DNA of 64,000 bases from assembly GCA_963845085.1 (NCBI GenBank), contig CAWJQI010000004.1, forward strand, positions 384,001 through 448,000. The letters are read 5' to 3'. The stretch's first letter is position 1, and every line of letters begins with the position of its first letter. This DNA comes from Candidatus Fermentibacterota bacterium. Its GTDB lineage: Bacteria; Fermentibacterota; Fermentibacteria; Fermentibacterales; JCC-6. Both the position numbers and the translations under genes were made by a program. The notes under the pieces were generated by a model. The model ran no database searches, was not told the DNA's origin, and was given only the letters and a program-made list of their open reading frames with translations. Positions 10,027-20,327 of this stretch are shown piece after piece.

Positions 10027-10989
10027 CTACAGGTCCCGGATGATTCGAAGCAGAAGCTGATCGAGCTGCTTTTTGTTGTTCCAGGTGTCAGGAAGGGCAT
10101 GATGGGAGACGGCCCCGTTCTCAACCCCTACCATGCAGGGCGCCCTGCCCTCGACAAGGGCTTCGACCGCCGCCCAGCCGAGTTTTGTGGCAAGAACCCT
10201 GTCGCTGGTGGTCGGGCTGCCGCCCCTTTGAACATGGCCCAGCACTGTGACCCGGCTTTTCAGACCGGAGTGTTCATCGATGCGCCTTGCTATCTCATAG
10301 GCGTTCCCCTCCTCGTCGCCCTCGGCGACAACGAGGATGTTCGATGTTCTTCCCCGGGAAACCCTGTCCTTCACCATTTCGCACACCGCCGGTATATCGC
10401 TCGGTGTCTCGGGAAGGAAAACCGCCTCGGCGCCTCCGCCGATGGCGACTTCAAGGGCGATGAACCCGGCGTGCCTTCCCATGACCTCGACAATGAAAAG
10501 CCTGTCGTGCGCCGCCGCGGTGTCCCTCACCTTGTCCAGTGCGGAGAGAGCCGTGTTCACCGCGGTGTCGTAGCCTATCGTGAAGTCGGTTCCCCATATG
10601 TCGTTGTCTATGGTGGCGGGCACACCGACGACCATTGTTCCGTGGGCTTCATGAAGGTCATGCGCTCCGCGGAAGCTGCCGTCGCCCCCGAACACAACAA
10701 GGCCGTCGATGCCTGCGTTCGCAAGGTTCGCTGCTGCGGCCGCCCTCCCCTCCGGGGTCATGAATCGGTCGCTTCTCGCGGTATGAAGGATTGTGCCGCC
10801 GTGCTGAAGAATGTTCGATACATCACCGGAAACCAGGGGGCTCATCCTGTTGTCGATCAGCCCTTCGTAACCCCGGTGAACGCCGTGTACGGCAAGGCCA
10901 CGGTGCAGGGCAGCCCTGACCGTGGCCCGAATGCCCGCGTTCATTCCCGGGGCGTCACCGCCCGAGGAAAGAACGGCGATTCTCTTCAC
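10027..10989 (-). CDS. pfkA: 6-phosphofructokinase
   Basis: SGGDAPGMNA, GGDGS, PATIDND, VEVMGRHAG, LGHVQRGG. Confidence 0.96.
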   Translation of the reverse strand: MKRIAVLSSGGDAPGMNAGIRATVRAALHRGLAVHGVHRGYEGLIDNRMSPLVSGDVSNILQHGGTILHTARSDRFMTPEGRAAAAANLANAGIDGLVVFGGDGSFRGAHDLHEAHGTMVVGVPATIDNDIWGTDFTIGYDTAVNTALSALDKVRDTAAAHDRLFIVEVMGRHAGFIALEVAIGGGAEAVFLPETPSDIPAVCEMVKDRVSRGRTSNILVVAEGDEEGNAYEIARRIDEHSGLKSRVTVLGHVQRGGSPTTSDRVLATKLGWAAVEALVEGRAPCMVGVENGAVSHHALPDTWNNKKQLDQLLLRIIRDL

Positions 10990-11360
10990 TTCTTTTCCAC
11001 TGCGGGAGCATCAACCAGTTCGAGAATGACCGCTTCCGCCGCGTCGCCCGCCCTGCAGCCGAGCCGGAGTATGCGCGTGTACCCTCCGGGGCGTGTGGCG
11101 AACCTGGGGCCGAGTTCGTTGAACACCTTCTTCACGGCAACACTGCCGTAAACCATCCCGGCAACCTGCCTGCGGGAGTGGACGGTGTCGTTCCTGCCCT
11201 TGGTTATGATCCTCTCCGCCAGGGACCGGGCAACCTTTGCCCTGGCCAGACTGGTGGTTACTCTCTCCTCGGTGATGAGCGAGGTGACCAGGTTTCTGAG
11301 CATGCGGGCCCTGGCTTCCCTGGTGCGGCCAAGCTTGGGTGTTGTTTTTCTGTGACGCAT
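10986..11360 (-). CDS. rplQ: 50S ribosomal protein L17
   Basis: MRHRK..KLGR..RPGGYTRI. Confidence 0.97.
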   Translation of the reverse strand: MRHRKTTPKLGRTREARARMLRNLVTSLITEERVTTSLARAKVARSLAERIITKGRNDTVHSRRQVAGMVYGSVAVKKVFNELGPRFATRPGGYTRILRLGCRAGDAAEAVILELVDAPAVEKK

Positions 11361-11367
11361 GGGTTTC

Positions 11368-12354
11368 CTATTCCGTTCTCAGCTTCAGGCCCTTCAGAGC
11401 AAGCTTCTCGTTGATCACCTGAAGGGTTTTGTCGCCCACGCCGTTGAAGGCCTTCAACTGGTCGGCGGTCATGGCGGTGAGTCCGCCAACGGTCTCAATC
11501 CCAGCGGACTTCAGTATGTTCACATACTTCCTGTCCATCTGGAAATCCTCGTCATCGATGGGCACCGAGTCCCATGCGCTGCTCTTGGCCTTGGCGGAAG
11601 CCTTTCTGGCCGGAGCCGCCTTTTCCGCCGGGGCTTCCTCGGGAACTTCGTTGTTCGTGCCTTCCATGATCATCCTGAAGTGCTGGACGAGGATCGCGCA
11701 GGTCTTCTCCACCGCTTCGACAGGGGAGAGGCTTCCATCGGTGGTGATGTCGATGTAAAGGCAGTCGTAGTCAGTTCTGTCACCGACCCGGGCGCTTTCG
11801 ACGGTGTAGTTGACCGTCTTCACGGGGCAGAACCAGGAATCGACAAGGATCGTTCCGATGTCGTGGCCCCGTCCGGTGTTGAACCACTCGTCAACCGTGA
11901 CAAAGCCCTTGCCCTTTTCGACAAGTATCGAAAGGTCAAGCACTCCCTTGCCGGTGATCTCGGCGATCTCCTGTTCGGGATTTGTCACCTTCAGCATGGG
12001 GTCACCCGTGAGGGAAGCCGCGGTGTAAACGCCGGGCTTCTCAGCCTTGAGCACAAGCGTGCAGGGCTCGTCGCCGGAATGGCGGATGCTCAGGGACTTC
12101 ACGTTCAAAACGATGTCGGATGCATCCTGTCTGACACCGGGAAGAGCGCTGAATTCGTGGCTTGCGCCCTTGATGGAGACGGACACCGGTGCCGCTCCCT
12201 CCAGCGAGGAGAGCATCACCCTTCTGATTGCGTTGCCCAAGGTGCGGCCGAAACCTCTTTCCAGAGGTGTTATCACAAGCCTGCCATTGGTTTCCGTGAG
12301 TGTTTCCTGATCCCACTGAATACGATCCGGCAGGTAAAGCTTCATGAATTCCAT
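11368..12354 (-). CDS. rpoA: RNA polymerase subunit alpha
   Basis: PLERGFGRTLGNAIRRVMLSSLEG, HEFS, VESARVGDRTDYD; CTD divergent. Confidence 0.96.
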   Translation of the reverse strand: MEFMKLYLPDRIQWDQETLTETNGRLVITPLERGFGRTLGNAIRRVMLSSLEGAAPVSVSIKGASHEFSALPGVRQDASDIVLNVKSLSIRHSGDEPCTLVLKAEKPGVYTAASLTGDPMLKVTNPEQEIAEITGKGVLDLSILVEKGKGFVTVDEWFNTGRGHDIGTILVDSWFCPVKTVNYTVESARVGDRTDYDCLYIDITTDGSLSPVEAVEKTCAILVQHFRMIMEGTNNEVPEEAPAEKAAPARKASAKAKSSAWDSVPIDDEDFQMDRKYVNILKSAGIETVGGLTAMTADQLKAFNGVGDKTLQVINEKLALKGLKLRTE

Positions 12355-12385
12355 TCATCTCCCCCTGAAGGCTTGAGAAACCCTC

Positions 12386-12787
12386 CTACGACTTGCCCCT
12401 GCGTCTCTTTGTAGGTCTGCAGCCGTTGTGAGGCAGACGGGTGATGTCCTTTATGGCCAGGACTTCGAGATCGGTCGACTGGAGAGCCCTTACTGCGGCT
12501 TCCCTTCCCGATCCCGGTCCCATCACCCAGATCTCGACCTTCTTCAGGCCCGCCTCTATGGCTCTCTCGGCAGCCTGCACCGCTGCCTGGCTTGCCGCGT
12601 AGGCAGTGCTCTTTCTCGTTCCCTTTACACCTGTGGTACCGCCGCTGGCCCAGGTGATGACATTTCCCTGCCGGTCCGATATGGATACCAAGGTATTGTT
12701 GAATGATGATTTAATGTGCGCTACGCCATTAATGTCAGAAACCCTGGTGATCTTCTTGACAGTTCGCTTTCCCTTAGCTTTGGGCAA
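12386..12787 (-). CDS. rpsK: 30S ribosomal protein S11
   Basis: [23 protein letters not shown]. Confidence 0.97.
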   Translation of the reverse strand: MPKAKGKRTVKKITRVSDINGVAHIKSSFNNTLVSISDRQGNVITWASGGTTGVKGTRKSTAYAASQAAVQAAERAIEAGLKKVEIWVMGPGSGREAAVRALQSTDLEVLAIKDITRLPHNGCRPTKRRRGKS

Positions 12788-12798
12788 GGTCTACCTCC

Positions 12799-13164
12799 CT
12801 ACCGCTTCCTGGTGTGGCCCTGCTTGGGACCCTTTCGGGTGCGGGCATTGGTGTGGGTTCTCTGTCCCCGGACTGGAAGACCCCTGCGATGCCTGAGACC
12901 CCTGTAGCAACCGATATCCATCAGCCTCTTGCGATTCATGCTGACCTCGGCCCTCAGGGCGCCCTCAACCTTGAACTCTTCTTCGATGACTTTGCGAAGA
13001 GCAGCCACATCGCTTTCCGAAAGGGCATCGGTATTTCTGTCCAAGGGAATCCCAACCTTGTCCAGAATGAACCTGGAACTCGTGAGCCCAATGCCGTGGA
13101 TGTATGGAAGAGCGTAGAGCACATGCTTGTTCCTGGGCAGGTCAACTCCTGCGATTCTCGCCAA
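12799..13164 (-). CDS. rpsM: 30S ribosomal protein S13
   Basis: [35 protein letters not shown]. Confidence 0.97.
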   Translation of the reverse strand: MARIAGVDLPRNKHVLYALPYIHGIGLTSSRFILDKVGIPLDRNTDALSESDVAALRKVIEEEFKVEGALRAEVSMNRKRLMDIGCYRGLRHRRGLPVRGQRTHTNARTRKGPKQGHTRKR

Positions 13165-13193
13165 TCTTACACCTCCGTCGCCGTTTTATGCGG

Positions 13194-13310
13194 CTATCCC
13201 TGCCGTTGTTTGTGTCGCGGATTCCTGGGACAGATGATCATCACCTTCCCGTTGCGGCGAACAACCCGGCAGTACTCGCAGATTTTCTTCACTGAGCTGC
13301 GTACCTTCAT
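13194..13310 (-). CDS. rpmJ: 50S ribosomal protein L36 (Zn-binding form)
   Basis: Manual translation [38 protein letters not shown] (below ORF-track cutoff). Confidence 0.97.
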   Translation of the reverse strand: MKVRSSVKKICEYCRVVRRNGKVMIICPRNPRHKQRQG

Positions 13311-13319
13311 TTTTCAACC

Positions 13320-13544
13320 TCACTTGTACCTGTAGGTGATCCTGCCGCGGGAAAGATCGTAGGGGGAGATCTCAACCGTGACCCTGTCGCCCACCAGTAT
13401 TCTTATGTAGTGCATTCTCATCTTGCCGGAAACATGGCAAAGGACCACATGACCCTCGGGCTTGTCCAGCTGAACGCGACACATGTTGTTGGGAAGTGTT
13501 TCGAGAACGGTCCCGTCAACCACTACGCCCTGTTCTTTCGCCAA
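13320..13544 (-). CDS. infA: Translation initiation factor IF-1
   Basis: [34 protein letters not shown]. Confidence 0.97.
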   Translation of the reverse strand: MAKEQGVVVDGTVLETLPNNMCRVQLDKPEGHVVLCHVSGKMRMHYIRILVGDRVTVEISPYDLSRGRITYRYK

Positions 13545-13597
13545 GTGCCTTCACTCCTTCCCGGTGGTAAGAGAACCCCAATTATTCGCATAAATGT

Positions 13598-14344
13598 CTA
13601 CGCCGTCAATATTTCCGGTTCATTCCGGTGAACCATCACGGTGTGCTCCGCGTGAGCCGAGAGAGAGCCGTCGGCTGTGGTAACCGTCCAGCCGTCTGAA
13701 AGCGTTCTGACCAGGGCCTGCCCGGAGTTCACCATCGGTTCGATGGCAAGCAGCAACCCGTCGGAAAGCTTCATCCCCCTGCCTTTCACGCCGTAGTTGG
13801 GCACCTGCGGGTTCTCGTGAAGCCGCCTGCCGATCCCGTGCCCCACCAGCTGTCTCACCACGCTGAACCCGTTTCTTTCGACCTCTTCCTGGATCGCAGC
13901 GCCGATGTCCCCCACATGGCCGCCGCTCACTGCTGCCGAGATGCCGATATCCCTGGCGCGGCGGGTCACCTCGACCAGCCTGGCCGCCAGCGGTATCACG
14001 TCGCCGATCGGAAACGTCTCTGCGGCGTCGCCGTGAAAGCCGCCCTTGAAAGCGCCAACGTCAACGCTCACAAGGTCGCCTTCCTTTATCATGCGCTGCG
14101 GCGAGGGAATGCCGTGGACGACTTCGGAGTTCACCGACACGCAGATCGCGGCGGGGTATCCGTTGTAGCCCAGGAATGACGGCACGGCGCCCTCGGCCGC
14201 GATAATTTTCCTTCCAAAACTGTCGATGTCGGCCGTTGTGATGCCGGAAGTCACGTACCCCCGGAGTTCGTGCAGAACCTTGCCGACGATCCTGCATGCC
14301 TCCCTCATGGCGGCAACATCGTTCTTCGAGCTTATCACAGCCAT
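13598..14344 (-). CDS. map: Methionine aminopeptidase type I
   Basis: CVSVNSEVVHGIP, DVGA..HGDAA, GHGIG..LHE, AIEPM, AHAEHT. Confidence 0.96.
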   Translation of the reverse strand: MAVISSKNDVAAMREACRIVGKVLHELRGYVTSGITTADIDSFGRKIIAAEGAVPSFLGYNGYPAAICVSVNSEVVHGIPSPQRMIKEGDLVSVDVGAFKGGFHGDAAETFPIGDVIPLAARLVEVTRRARDIGISAAVSGGHVGDIGAAIQEEVERNGFSVVRQLVGHGIGRRLHENPQVPNYGVKGRGMKLSDGLLLAIEPMVNSGQALVRTLSDGWTVTTADGSLSAHAEHTVMVHRNEPEILTA

Positions 14345-14952
14345 TGACTCATCGCCTTGAGCAGTCTTTCGTGAACCTGCTGAACAGTCCCGAGCCCGTC
14401 GACCCTCACAAGCCTGCCTTCGTAGTACGACTCGAGGGGGAGTGTCTCGCGGCGGTACTTCTTGAAGCGGTTCCTTATCACTTCGGGGTCGTCATCGCTG
14501 CGCCGCACCAAGCCCGCGCCGCAGGCGCCGCATGTTACGTCCGCCTGTGATGACTGCACACCGCACGCCGTGCAATGCTGTCTGCGGGAGAGGCGCGAAA
14601 CGGCTTCCTCTTCAGGAATATCGAGGAACACCGCCACGTCGAGCTTCCTTCCCCGATTCCTGAGAAAGGTGTCGAGATCGCCCGCTTGAAGGGCGTTCCT
14701 GGGGTACCCATCGAGGAGTACCCCTGGAAGCTCTTCAAGAAGCCCGAACACAAGCCGGTTCACTATGTCATCGGTCACCAGATCACCCGCTTCGATAACT
14801 CCCCGAATCTCTTTTCCAAGGGGGGTTCCCTGCTGAACCTCGAGGCGAAGCTGCGTACCGGTCGAGACATGGGTAAGGCCCATAGCCTCGGCCGCCAGTT
14901 CAGCCTGCGTGCCCTTTCCCGAGCCGGGAGAACCGAAGAAGGTTGCGATCAT
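14335..14952 (-). CDS. adk: Adenylate kinase (Zn-type LID)
   Basis: GSPGSGKGTQ, LLDGYPRN, RSDD. Confidence 0.96.
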   Translation of the reverse strand: MIATFFGSPGSGKGTQAELAAEAMGLTHVSTGTQLRLEVQQGTPLGKEIRGVIEAGDLVTDDIVNRLVFGLLEELPGVLLDGYPRNALQAGDLDTFLRNRGRKLDVAVFLDIPEEEAVSRLSRRQHCTACGVQSSQADVTCGACGAGLVRRSDDDPEVIRNRFKKYRRETLPLESYYEGRLVRVDGLGTVQQVHERLLKAMSQWL

Positions 14953-16253
14953 CGGCGGCCGCGGATCCTTCCCTTGGAAAGGAAACCGTCGTAATGACGC
15001 ATCAGCAGATGAGTCTCGATCTGCCTCAGCGTTTCAAGGGCAACGCCAACCACGATCAGAAGGCTTGTGCCTCCGAACATGAAGTTCACGCCGACCTGCC
15101 TGATGAGAACCATCGGGAGCACCGCGATCAGGGCGAGGAAGATGGCGCCCGGCAGAGTCACCCTGACCAGAACCCTCTCGATGTACTTGGCGGTGGACTT
15201 GCCCGGCTTTCTGCCGGGGATGAAACCGCCGTACTTCTTCATGTTGTCGGCGAGGTCCTGAGGATTGAAGGTGATTGCGGTGTAAACGTAGGCAAACACG
15301 ATGATGAGCACTGCGTAAACGATGTTGTAGATCGCGCCCCCCGGGGAGAGCCAGCTGCTGACCCAGTTGTCGATGCCCGAGTTGGGGAAGAACATGGCTA
15401 TGGACGAGGGGAACATCATGAACGACTGGGCGAAGATCACCGGGATGACCCCGGCGGTGTTGAGCCTGATCGGGATGAACGTGCTCTGGCCGCCGTAGAC
15501 CTTTCTCCCGCGCACCTGCTTCGCGTAGGTGACGGGGATCTTCCTCTGGGCCTCGGTCATCAGTACGACGAACGCTATGGTGGCGAACATGAACACCAGC
15601 AGGAACACCATGCTTATGAAGCTGGTCTGCTGAAGGATGAACACGTCGCGGTAGAGGGAGATGACCGCCTGGGGAATGTCGCCCACTATGCCGGCGAAAA
15701 TGATCAGGCTTATGCCGTTTCCAACTCCGCGCTCGCTTATGCGCTCACCCAGCCACATCACGAAGATGGTTCCCGTGATCAGCGTGAGAACCGTCTGCAG
15801 GGTGAACCCGATGCCCGGGTTGGGCACGACTCCCGGAACCTGCTGGTTCATACCGACGATGAACTGAGAGATTCCCAGCCCCTGTATCAGACCGAGAAGA
15901 ACGGTTCCGTAACGGGTGATCTCGGTCATCTTCTGCCTGCCGGCCTCGCCTTCCTTCTTGAGCTTCTCGAAGTAGGGCACCACCGACGTAAGGAGCTGAA
16001 TGATGATCGAGGCGGAAATGTAGGGCATGATGCCGAGTGCGAAAATACTGGCTCTGCTGAGAGCGCCGCCCACGAAGAGGTCGTACATGCCCATCATTCC
16101 CCCGGCGGTGCTGAACGCCTCCTGGAGGGCTGTTCCGTCAATGCCGGGAACGGGAATGTGCCCGCCGATGCGGTAGACCGCCAGGAGCAGGAAGGTGTAG
16201 ATGATCTTCTTCCTGAGCTCCTGGATCTTCATGATGCTTTCGAAACCGCGCAT
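14949..16253 (-). CDS. secY: Preprotein translocase SecY
   Basis: SIFALGIMPYISASII, GNGISLIIFAGI, GGFIPG, FGGTSLLIVVGV. Confidence 0.98.
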   Translation of the reverse strand: MRGFESIMKIQELRKKIIYTFLLLAVYRIGGHIPVPGIDGTALQEAFSTAGGMMGMYDLFVGGALSRASIFALGIMPYISASIIIQLLTSVVPYFEKLKKEGEAGRQKMTEITRYGTVLLGLIQGLGISQFIVGMNQQVPGVVPNPGIGFTLQTVLTLITGTIFVMWLGERISERGVGNGISLIIFAGIVGDIPQAVISLYRDVFILQQTSFISMVFLLVFMFATIAFVVLMTEAQRKIPVTYAKQVRGRKVYGGQSTFIPIRLNTAGVIPVIFAQSFMMFPSSIAMFFPNSGIDNWVSSWLSPGGAIYNIVYAVLIIVFAYVYTAITFNPQDLADNMKKYGGFIPGRKPGKSTAKYIERVLVRVTLPGAIFLALIAVLPMVLIRQVGVNFMFGGTSLLIVVGVALETLRQIETHLLMRHYDGFLSKGRIRGRR

Positions 16254-16696
16254 CAGCCGATCACCTCTGCGGAGCCCCCGGCGGACTTAATGGTTTCAAG
16301 GGCGCTCTGGGTGAACGCATGGGCGCACACCGTGAGCTCCTTCTCAAGCGCTCCGTCACCGAGGATCTTGACCGGCTTGTTGCGGGAGGAGATGAGACCG
16401 GCGCACTTGAGGATGTCGGGGGTTATCACCGTGGCGTTCTCGAACCTGTTCAGCATGCCGACATTGACCACCTGGTAATCGATGGCGAACCTGACATTGC
16501 TGAAGCCCTTGTGGGTCATCCGGCGGTGTATGGGAAGCTGACCGCCCTCGAACCACGGGTGGATCTTTCCCCTTGCCTTCTGACCCTTGTGACCCTTGCC
16601 TGCCGTCCCGCCGTTGCCGGTTCCACGGCCGCAGCCCCTTCGATGGCGGTCCTTGGTGGCGCCATCTGCGGGCCGGAGGTGTTGCAGCCTTCTCAT
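16253..16696 (-). CDS. rplO: 50S ribosomal protein L15
   Basis: [17 protein letters not shown]. Confidence 0.96.
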   Translation of the reverse strand: MRRLQHLRPADGATKDRHRRGCGRGTGNGGTAGKGHKGQKARGKIHPWFEGGQLPIHRRMTHKGFSNVRFAIDYQVVNVGMLNRFENATVITPDILKCAGLISSRNKPVKILGDGALEKELTVCAHAFTQSALETIKSAGGSAEVIG

Positions 16697-16884
16697 GCCT
16701 TCACCTCTTCCACTTTGACGAGGTGGCGAACCCTGAACACCATTCCGCGGGTCTGCGGGTTATCGGGCTGCTCCACCACCTGGTTGATCCGTCGGAGCCC
16801 CAGGGCGGCAAGCGTGCGTTTCTGCACTTCCTGCCTGCCGATGCAGCTCTTCACCTTGGTGATCCGGAGTCTGGTCTCAGCCAT
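16693..16884 (-). CDS. rpmD: 50S ribosomal protein L30
   Basis: [29 protein letters not shown]. Confidence 0.95.
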   Translation of the reverse strand: MAETRLRITKVKSCIGRQEVQKRTLAALGLRRINQVVEQPDNPQTRGMVFRVRHLVKVEEVKA

Positions 16885-17506
16885 TGGTCTCCGTCCTTCC
16901 GGCAACGATCCTGGACCGGATGGCACTCACCCTCGTGATCGTGATCAGGTCGCTCAACCCGCTCATGGTTGCCTTGACCACGTTGTGGGGGTTGCTCGTG
17001 CCCTGTGCCTTGGTGAGCACGTCCTTGACGCCGGCGCATTCCATGATGGCCCTGACCGCGCTTCCGGCAATGACGCCGGTTCCCGGGCTGGCAGGCCGGA
17101 GCAGGACCTGGCCTGCGCCGTACTTGCCGATAATCACGTGGGGGAGCGTTCTGTTGTCCACCATGGGGATCTCGATCATGCTTTTCTTCGCCGCTTCCGT
17201 AGCCTTCCGGATCGACTCGGGAAGCTCGGTTGCCTTTCCAAGGCCGACTCCGACCTTGCCGTTCTGGTCGCCGACGGCAACAATGGCGTTGAACCCGAAG
17301 GTTCTTCCGCCCTTGGTGACCTTGGCGCACCTGTTGACCGCAATGAGCCTGTCGACAAGACCGTCATCCTCGACGACCTCGGGCTTCCGCTGCCTGCCCT
17401 TGGCTTCCTTGCGATCCCTGGGATTCCTGTTGCCTCTGGCGCCCGGTCCGCCACCCGCGGCGCCTGCGCCCCGGGGAGACCTGCCGCCCTGTTTTTCTTC
17501 AGCCAT
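16877..17506 (-). CDS. rpsE: 30S ribosomal protein S5 (N-terminal Gly/Arg-rich extension)
   Basis: [31 protein letters not shown]. Confidence 0.96.
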   Translation of the reverse strand: MAEEKQGGRSPRGAGAAGGGPGARGNRNPRDRKEAKGRQRKPEVVEDDGLVDRLIAVNRCAKVTKGGRTFGFNAIVAVGDQNGKVGVGLGKATELPESIRKATEAAKKSMIEIPMVDNRTLPHVIIGKYGAGQVLLRPASPGTGVIAGSAVRAIMECAGVKDVLTKAQGTSNPHNVVKATMSGLSDLITITRVSAIRSRIVAGRTETNG

Positions 17507-17516
17507 TGAAAGCCCC

Positions 17517-17879
17517 CTAGAAAACCAGTCCGCCTTCGCGGGCCTTTTCAGCCAGAGCCTTCACCCTACCGTGGAAGGGATGACCGCCCCGGTCAAATAC
17601 TACCATTGTAACGCCTATCGCCCTGGCTTTCTCCGCCAGCTTCGCCCCGAGGAACGCGGCCTTGTCGCTCTTGCTCCCGGTGGCGGTATCCGCAATCTCA
17701 TGCGAATCGGTGGTCATTGAGAGAAGGGTCCTGCCGGCCTGGTCATCGATGATTGAAGCAAGCATGTGCCGGTTCGTTCTTCTCACAAACAGCCTGGGCC
17801 GTTCCGCCGTTCCGGAGATCTTCTTCCTGATGCTCCGATGGCGGCGAAGGAGGCGCTGAATTCTGTCAGGTTTGGACAT
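17517..17879 (-). CDS. rplR: 50S ribosomal protein L18
   Basis: [29 protein letters not shown]. Confidence 0.96.
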   Translation of the reverse strand: MSKPDRIQRLLRRHRSIRKKISGTAERPRLFVRRTNRHMLASIIDDQAGRTLLSMTTDSHEIADTATGSKSDKAAFLGAKLAEKARAIGVTMVVFDRGGHPFHGRVKALAEKAREGGLVF

Positions 17880-17893
17880 TTTGCCTCCGTTTT

Positions 17894-18439
17894 CTAGGTT
17901 GTAGCAGATTTGGCGGCTTTGCGCTTTATCTGCTGGTCGCTGTACCGGAATCCGATCAGGTTGTAGGGCTCGACCGGCCGGATCTTGTAAAGAGCGGCCG
18001 CGAAGTTTCCTACAAGCTGTCTGTCGTTTCCGTTGATGATCAGGCTGAACGTGTTCTGGCCCAGCTTGAGTTCGACTGAAAGCCCGTCGGGAATGGTCGC
18101 GACGACCTTGTGTGAGAAGCCGATCTGCATTTCGATCGATTTCCCGATCATCTCGGCCTGATAACCCTTGCCCTGAACGACAAGTTCACGCGAATGACCC
18201 CTGGTCACACCCATGATGCGGTTGTTGAGCTGCGCCCTTGTAACGCCGTGAAGACGCCTCTGGTCGGGGCTGTCGTCCCGGCGGTTCACATGCACCGCCT
18301 CGCCGGTCACTTCGATGGTGATGCCGTCCGGAAGAACGAAGGTGTCCTCTCCCCGGGAACCCGCTGCTGTAACAGTATTCCCGGAAACCGTAACCCTTGA
18401 ACCGTTCAGCGGGATCGGCAGTTTTCCGATTCTTGACAT
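17894..18439 (-). CDS. rplF: 50S ribosomal protein L6
   Basis: MSRIGKLPI, GFSH, RPVEPY; operon position. Confidence 0.95.
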   Translation of the reverse strand: MSRIGKLPIPLNGSRVTVSGNTVTAAGSRGEDTFVLPDGITIEVTGEAVHVNRRDDSPDQRRLHGVTRAQLNNRIMGVTRGHSRELVVQGKGYQAEMIGKSIEMQIGFSHKVVATIPDGLSVELKLGQNTFSLIINGNDRQLVGNFAAALYKIRPVEPYNLIGFRYSDQQIKRKAAKSATT

Positions 18440-18451
18440 CGCCTACCCCCG

Positions 18452-18847
18452 CTACCAGACGTGGAGCAGCACTTCGCCGCCCACGTTGTGTTTCCTGGCC
18501 TCAAAATCGGTGATGATCCCGCGAGGAGTGGTCAGCACTGCCACGCCTCTTCCTCCCATTACCCTGGGAAGAGTTCCAACACCGGAATACACCCTGCACC
18601 CAGGTTTGGAAATCCTCTTGATCCCAACGATAAGGGGAGTTCCGTTCCTGTAGGCCAGGTAGACCCTGAGCACTCCCTGTTTCCCGTCTTCAATCCTGCG
18701 GAAGCCGAGAATGAAGCCGTGATTGTAGAGCACCCTCGCAATACTGGCCTTCAGTTTCGATGCGGGGATATCAACCATTTTGTGGCCCGCCGAGGAAGCA
18801 TTCCTGATCCGGGTCAGCATGTCGGCTATCGGGTCAGTCATTGACAT
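18452..18847 (-). CDS. rpsH: 30S ribosomal protein S8
   Basis: MTDPIADMLTRIRNA..SKPG..GGEVL. Confidence 0.97.
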   Translation of the reverse strand: MSMTDPIADMLTRIRNASSAGHKMVDIPASKLKASIARVLYNHGFILGFRRIEDGKQGVLRVYLAYRNGTPLIVGIKRISKPGCRVYSGVGTLPRVMGGRGVAVLTTPRGIITDFEARKHNVGGEVLLHVW

Positions 18848-18860
18848 GTTTCACCCCTTC

Positions 18861-19046
18861 CTACCAGCTAGCCTTGCGGATGCCAGGAATAAGACCCCTG
18901 TTGGCCATATCCCTGAAGCAGATCCGGCAAATTCCGAACATGCGCAGAAAACCTCTCGGCCTTCCACACAGCGTGCACCTGTTGTAGTTCCTCACCTGGA
19001 ACTTGGCGGGTCTTTTCTGTTTGGCGATCAGGCTCTTCTTCGCCAT
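18861..19046 (-). CDS. rpsN: 30S ribosomal protein S14 (type Z, 61 aa)
   Basis: [25 protein letters not shown]. Confidence 0.97.
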   Translation of the reverse strand: MAKKSLIAKQKRPAKFQVRNYNRCTLCGRPRGFLRMFGICRICFRDMANRGLIPGIRKASW

Positions 19047-19047
19047 T

Positions 19048-19623
19048 CTACGCCCCCCTTCTGCCACTGCGACGGAATGGCATTCCCAGGAGGCTGAGAA
19101 GTTCAAGGCCTTCCTCATCGGTCCTGGCTGTGGTGACGATGGTGATGTTCATCCCCCTGAACTTGTCAATTTTGTCAACGTCTATTTCGGGGAAGATCGC
19201 CTGTTCCTCGACTCCGAAATTGTAGTTTCCTCTGCCGTCGAAGCCCTTTGCAGGAAGGCCCCGGAAATCACGCACCTGGGGAAGTGCGAAATTTATGAGC
19301 CGGTCGAGGTATTCCCACATCCTGTCACCCCGGAGGGTTGTGAAAACGCCGATGGGCATGCCTTCCCTGAGCCTGAAAGCGGCGACGGACTTCTTTGCCT
19401 TCGCAACGACGCTTTTCTGGCCGGTGATGGCCTCCATCTGGGATTGTGCGCTGGTAACGTTGTTGGCGTTGTCCATCGCTTCCTTGCCGAGCCCCATGTT
19501 GACCACGATCTTCGAAAGACGCGGGGTCTGCATGGCATTTCGGTAGTTGAACTTCTCAAGCATCTTGCCGCGGACTTCCTGCCGGTAGATCTGCTTGAGC
19601 CTGGGCATGGTATTCTCGCTCAT
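19048..19623 (-). CDS. rplE: 50S ribosomal protein L5
   Basis: KIVVNMG, ITGQK, RDFRGL..FDGRGNY, IFPEI. Confidence 0.97.
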   Translation of the reverse strand: MSENTMPRLKQIYRQEVRGKMLEKFNYRNAMQTPRLSKIVVNMGLGKEAMDNANNVTSAQSQMEAITGQKSVVAKAKKSVAAFRLREGMPIGVFTTLRGDRMWEYLDRLINFALPQVRDFRGLPAKGFDGRGNYNFGVEEQAIFPEIDVDKIDKFRGMNITIVTTARTDEEGLELLSLLGMPFRRSGRRGA

Positions 19624-19631
19624 TCAGTCTC

Positions 19632-19949
19632 CTATCCCGCGGTGATGATCTCGCCGCAGGCCTTGCACTTGCGGCTGAGATGTCCTTCTTCGTCCCTGAC
19701 ACGGCTCATGCCCGAAGCCTTGCCGCAGTCAGGACAGATTACCTGAAGATTCGAAGCGTCAATGGGGGCTTCCTTCTCCACGATTCCGCCCTGCTGATTC
19801 TTCTGGGATGGCCGTGTGTGGCGCTTGATGATCCTGATGCCCTCAACCACGGCCTTGTTCTTGTCCCGGAATACCTTCAGCACCTTGCCGCTCTTGCCCT
19901 TGTCGTTCCCGGTGATGACAAGAACCTTGTCGCCCTTGCGCACATGCAT
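19632..19949 (-). CDS. rplX: 50S ribosomal protein L24
   Basis: KGDKVLVITGNDKGK (KOW), GGIVEKEAPI. Confidence 0.96.
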   Translation of the reverse strand: MHVRKGDKVLVITGNDKGKSGKVLKVFRDKNKAVVEGIRIIKRHTRPSQKNQQGGIVEKEAPIDASNLQVICPDCGKASGMSRVRDEEGHLSRKCKACGEIITAG

Positions 19950-19950
19950 C

Positions 19951-20316
19951 CTAAATCACCTCCGGCGCCAGCGAAACGATCTTCATGAACCGCTGGCGAA
20001 GCTCACGACCAACGGGACCGAAGATCCTGGTTGCTACCGGCTGCCCGGCATCGTCCAGTATCACGGCGGCATTGTCGTCGAACCTTACGCTCGAGCCGTC
20101 GGCACGGTTGAGTTCCTTGCGGGTGCGGACCACAACCGCCCTTCTGACTTCACTCTTCTTCACTGTCCCACCGGGAGACGATTCCTTCACGGTGACCACG
20201 ATGAGGTCACCGATGCCGGCGTACCGGCGCCCGGTACCACCCAGTACCTTGATGCACATGACCTCGCGGGCGCCGGAATTGTCGGCTACCTTGAGCCTTG
20301 ATAACACCTGAATCAT
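19951..20316 (-). CDS. rplN: 50S ribosomal protein L14
   Basis: MIQ..VADNSGA..FDDNAAV..TRIFGPV..SLAPEV. Confidence 0.97.
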   Translation of the reverse strand: MIQVLSRLKVADNSGAREVMCIKVLGGTGRRYAGIGDLIVVTVKESSPGGTVKKSEVRRAVVVRTRKELNRADGSSVRFDDNAAVILDDAGQPVATRIFGPVGRELRQRFMKIVSLAPEVI

Positions 20317-20327
20317 ATCCGGCCTCC

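Noticed and set aside
13194..19949. Zn-ribbon forms of L36, S14, L24 and the Adk LID (also L33)
   Set aside because: Common in anaerobes and many other lineages; not unusual
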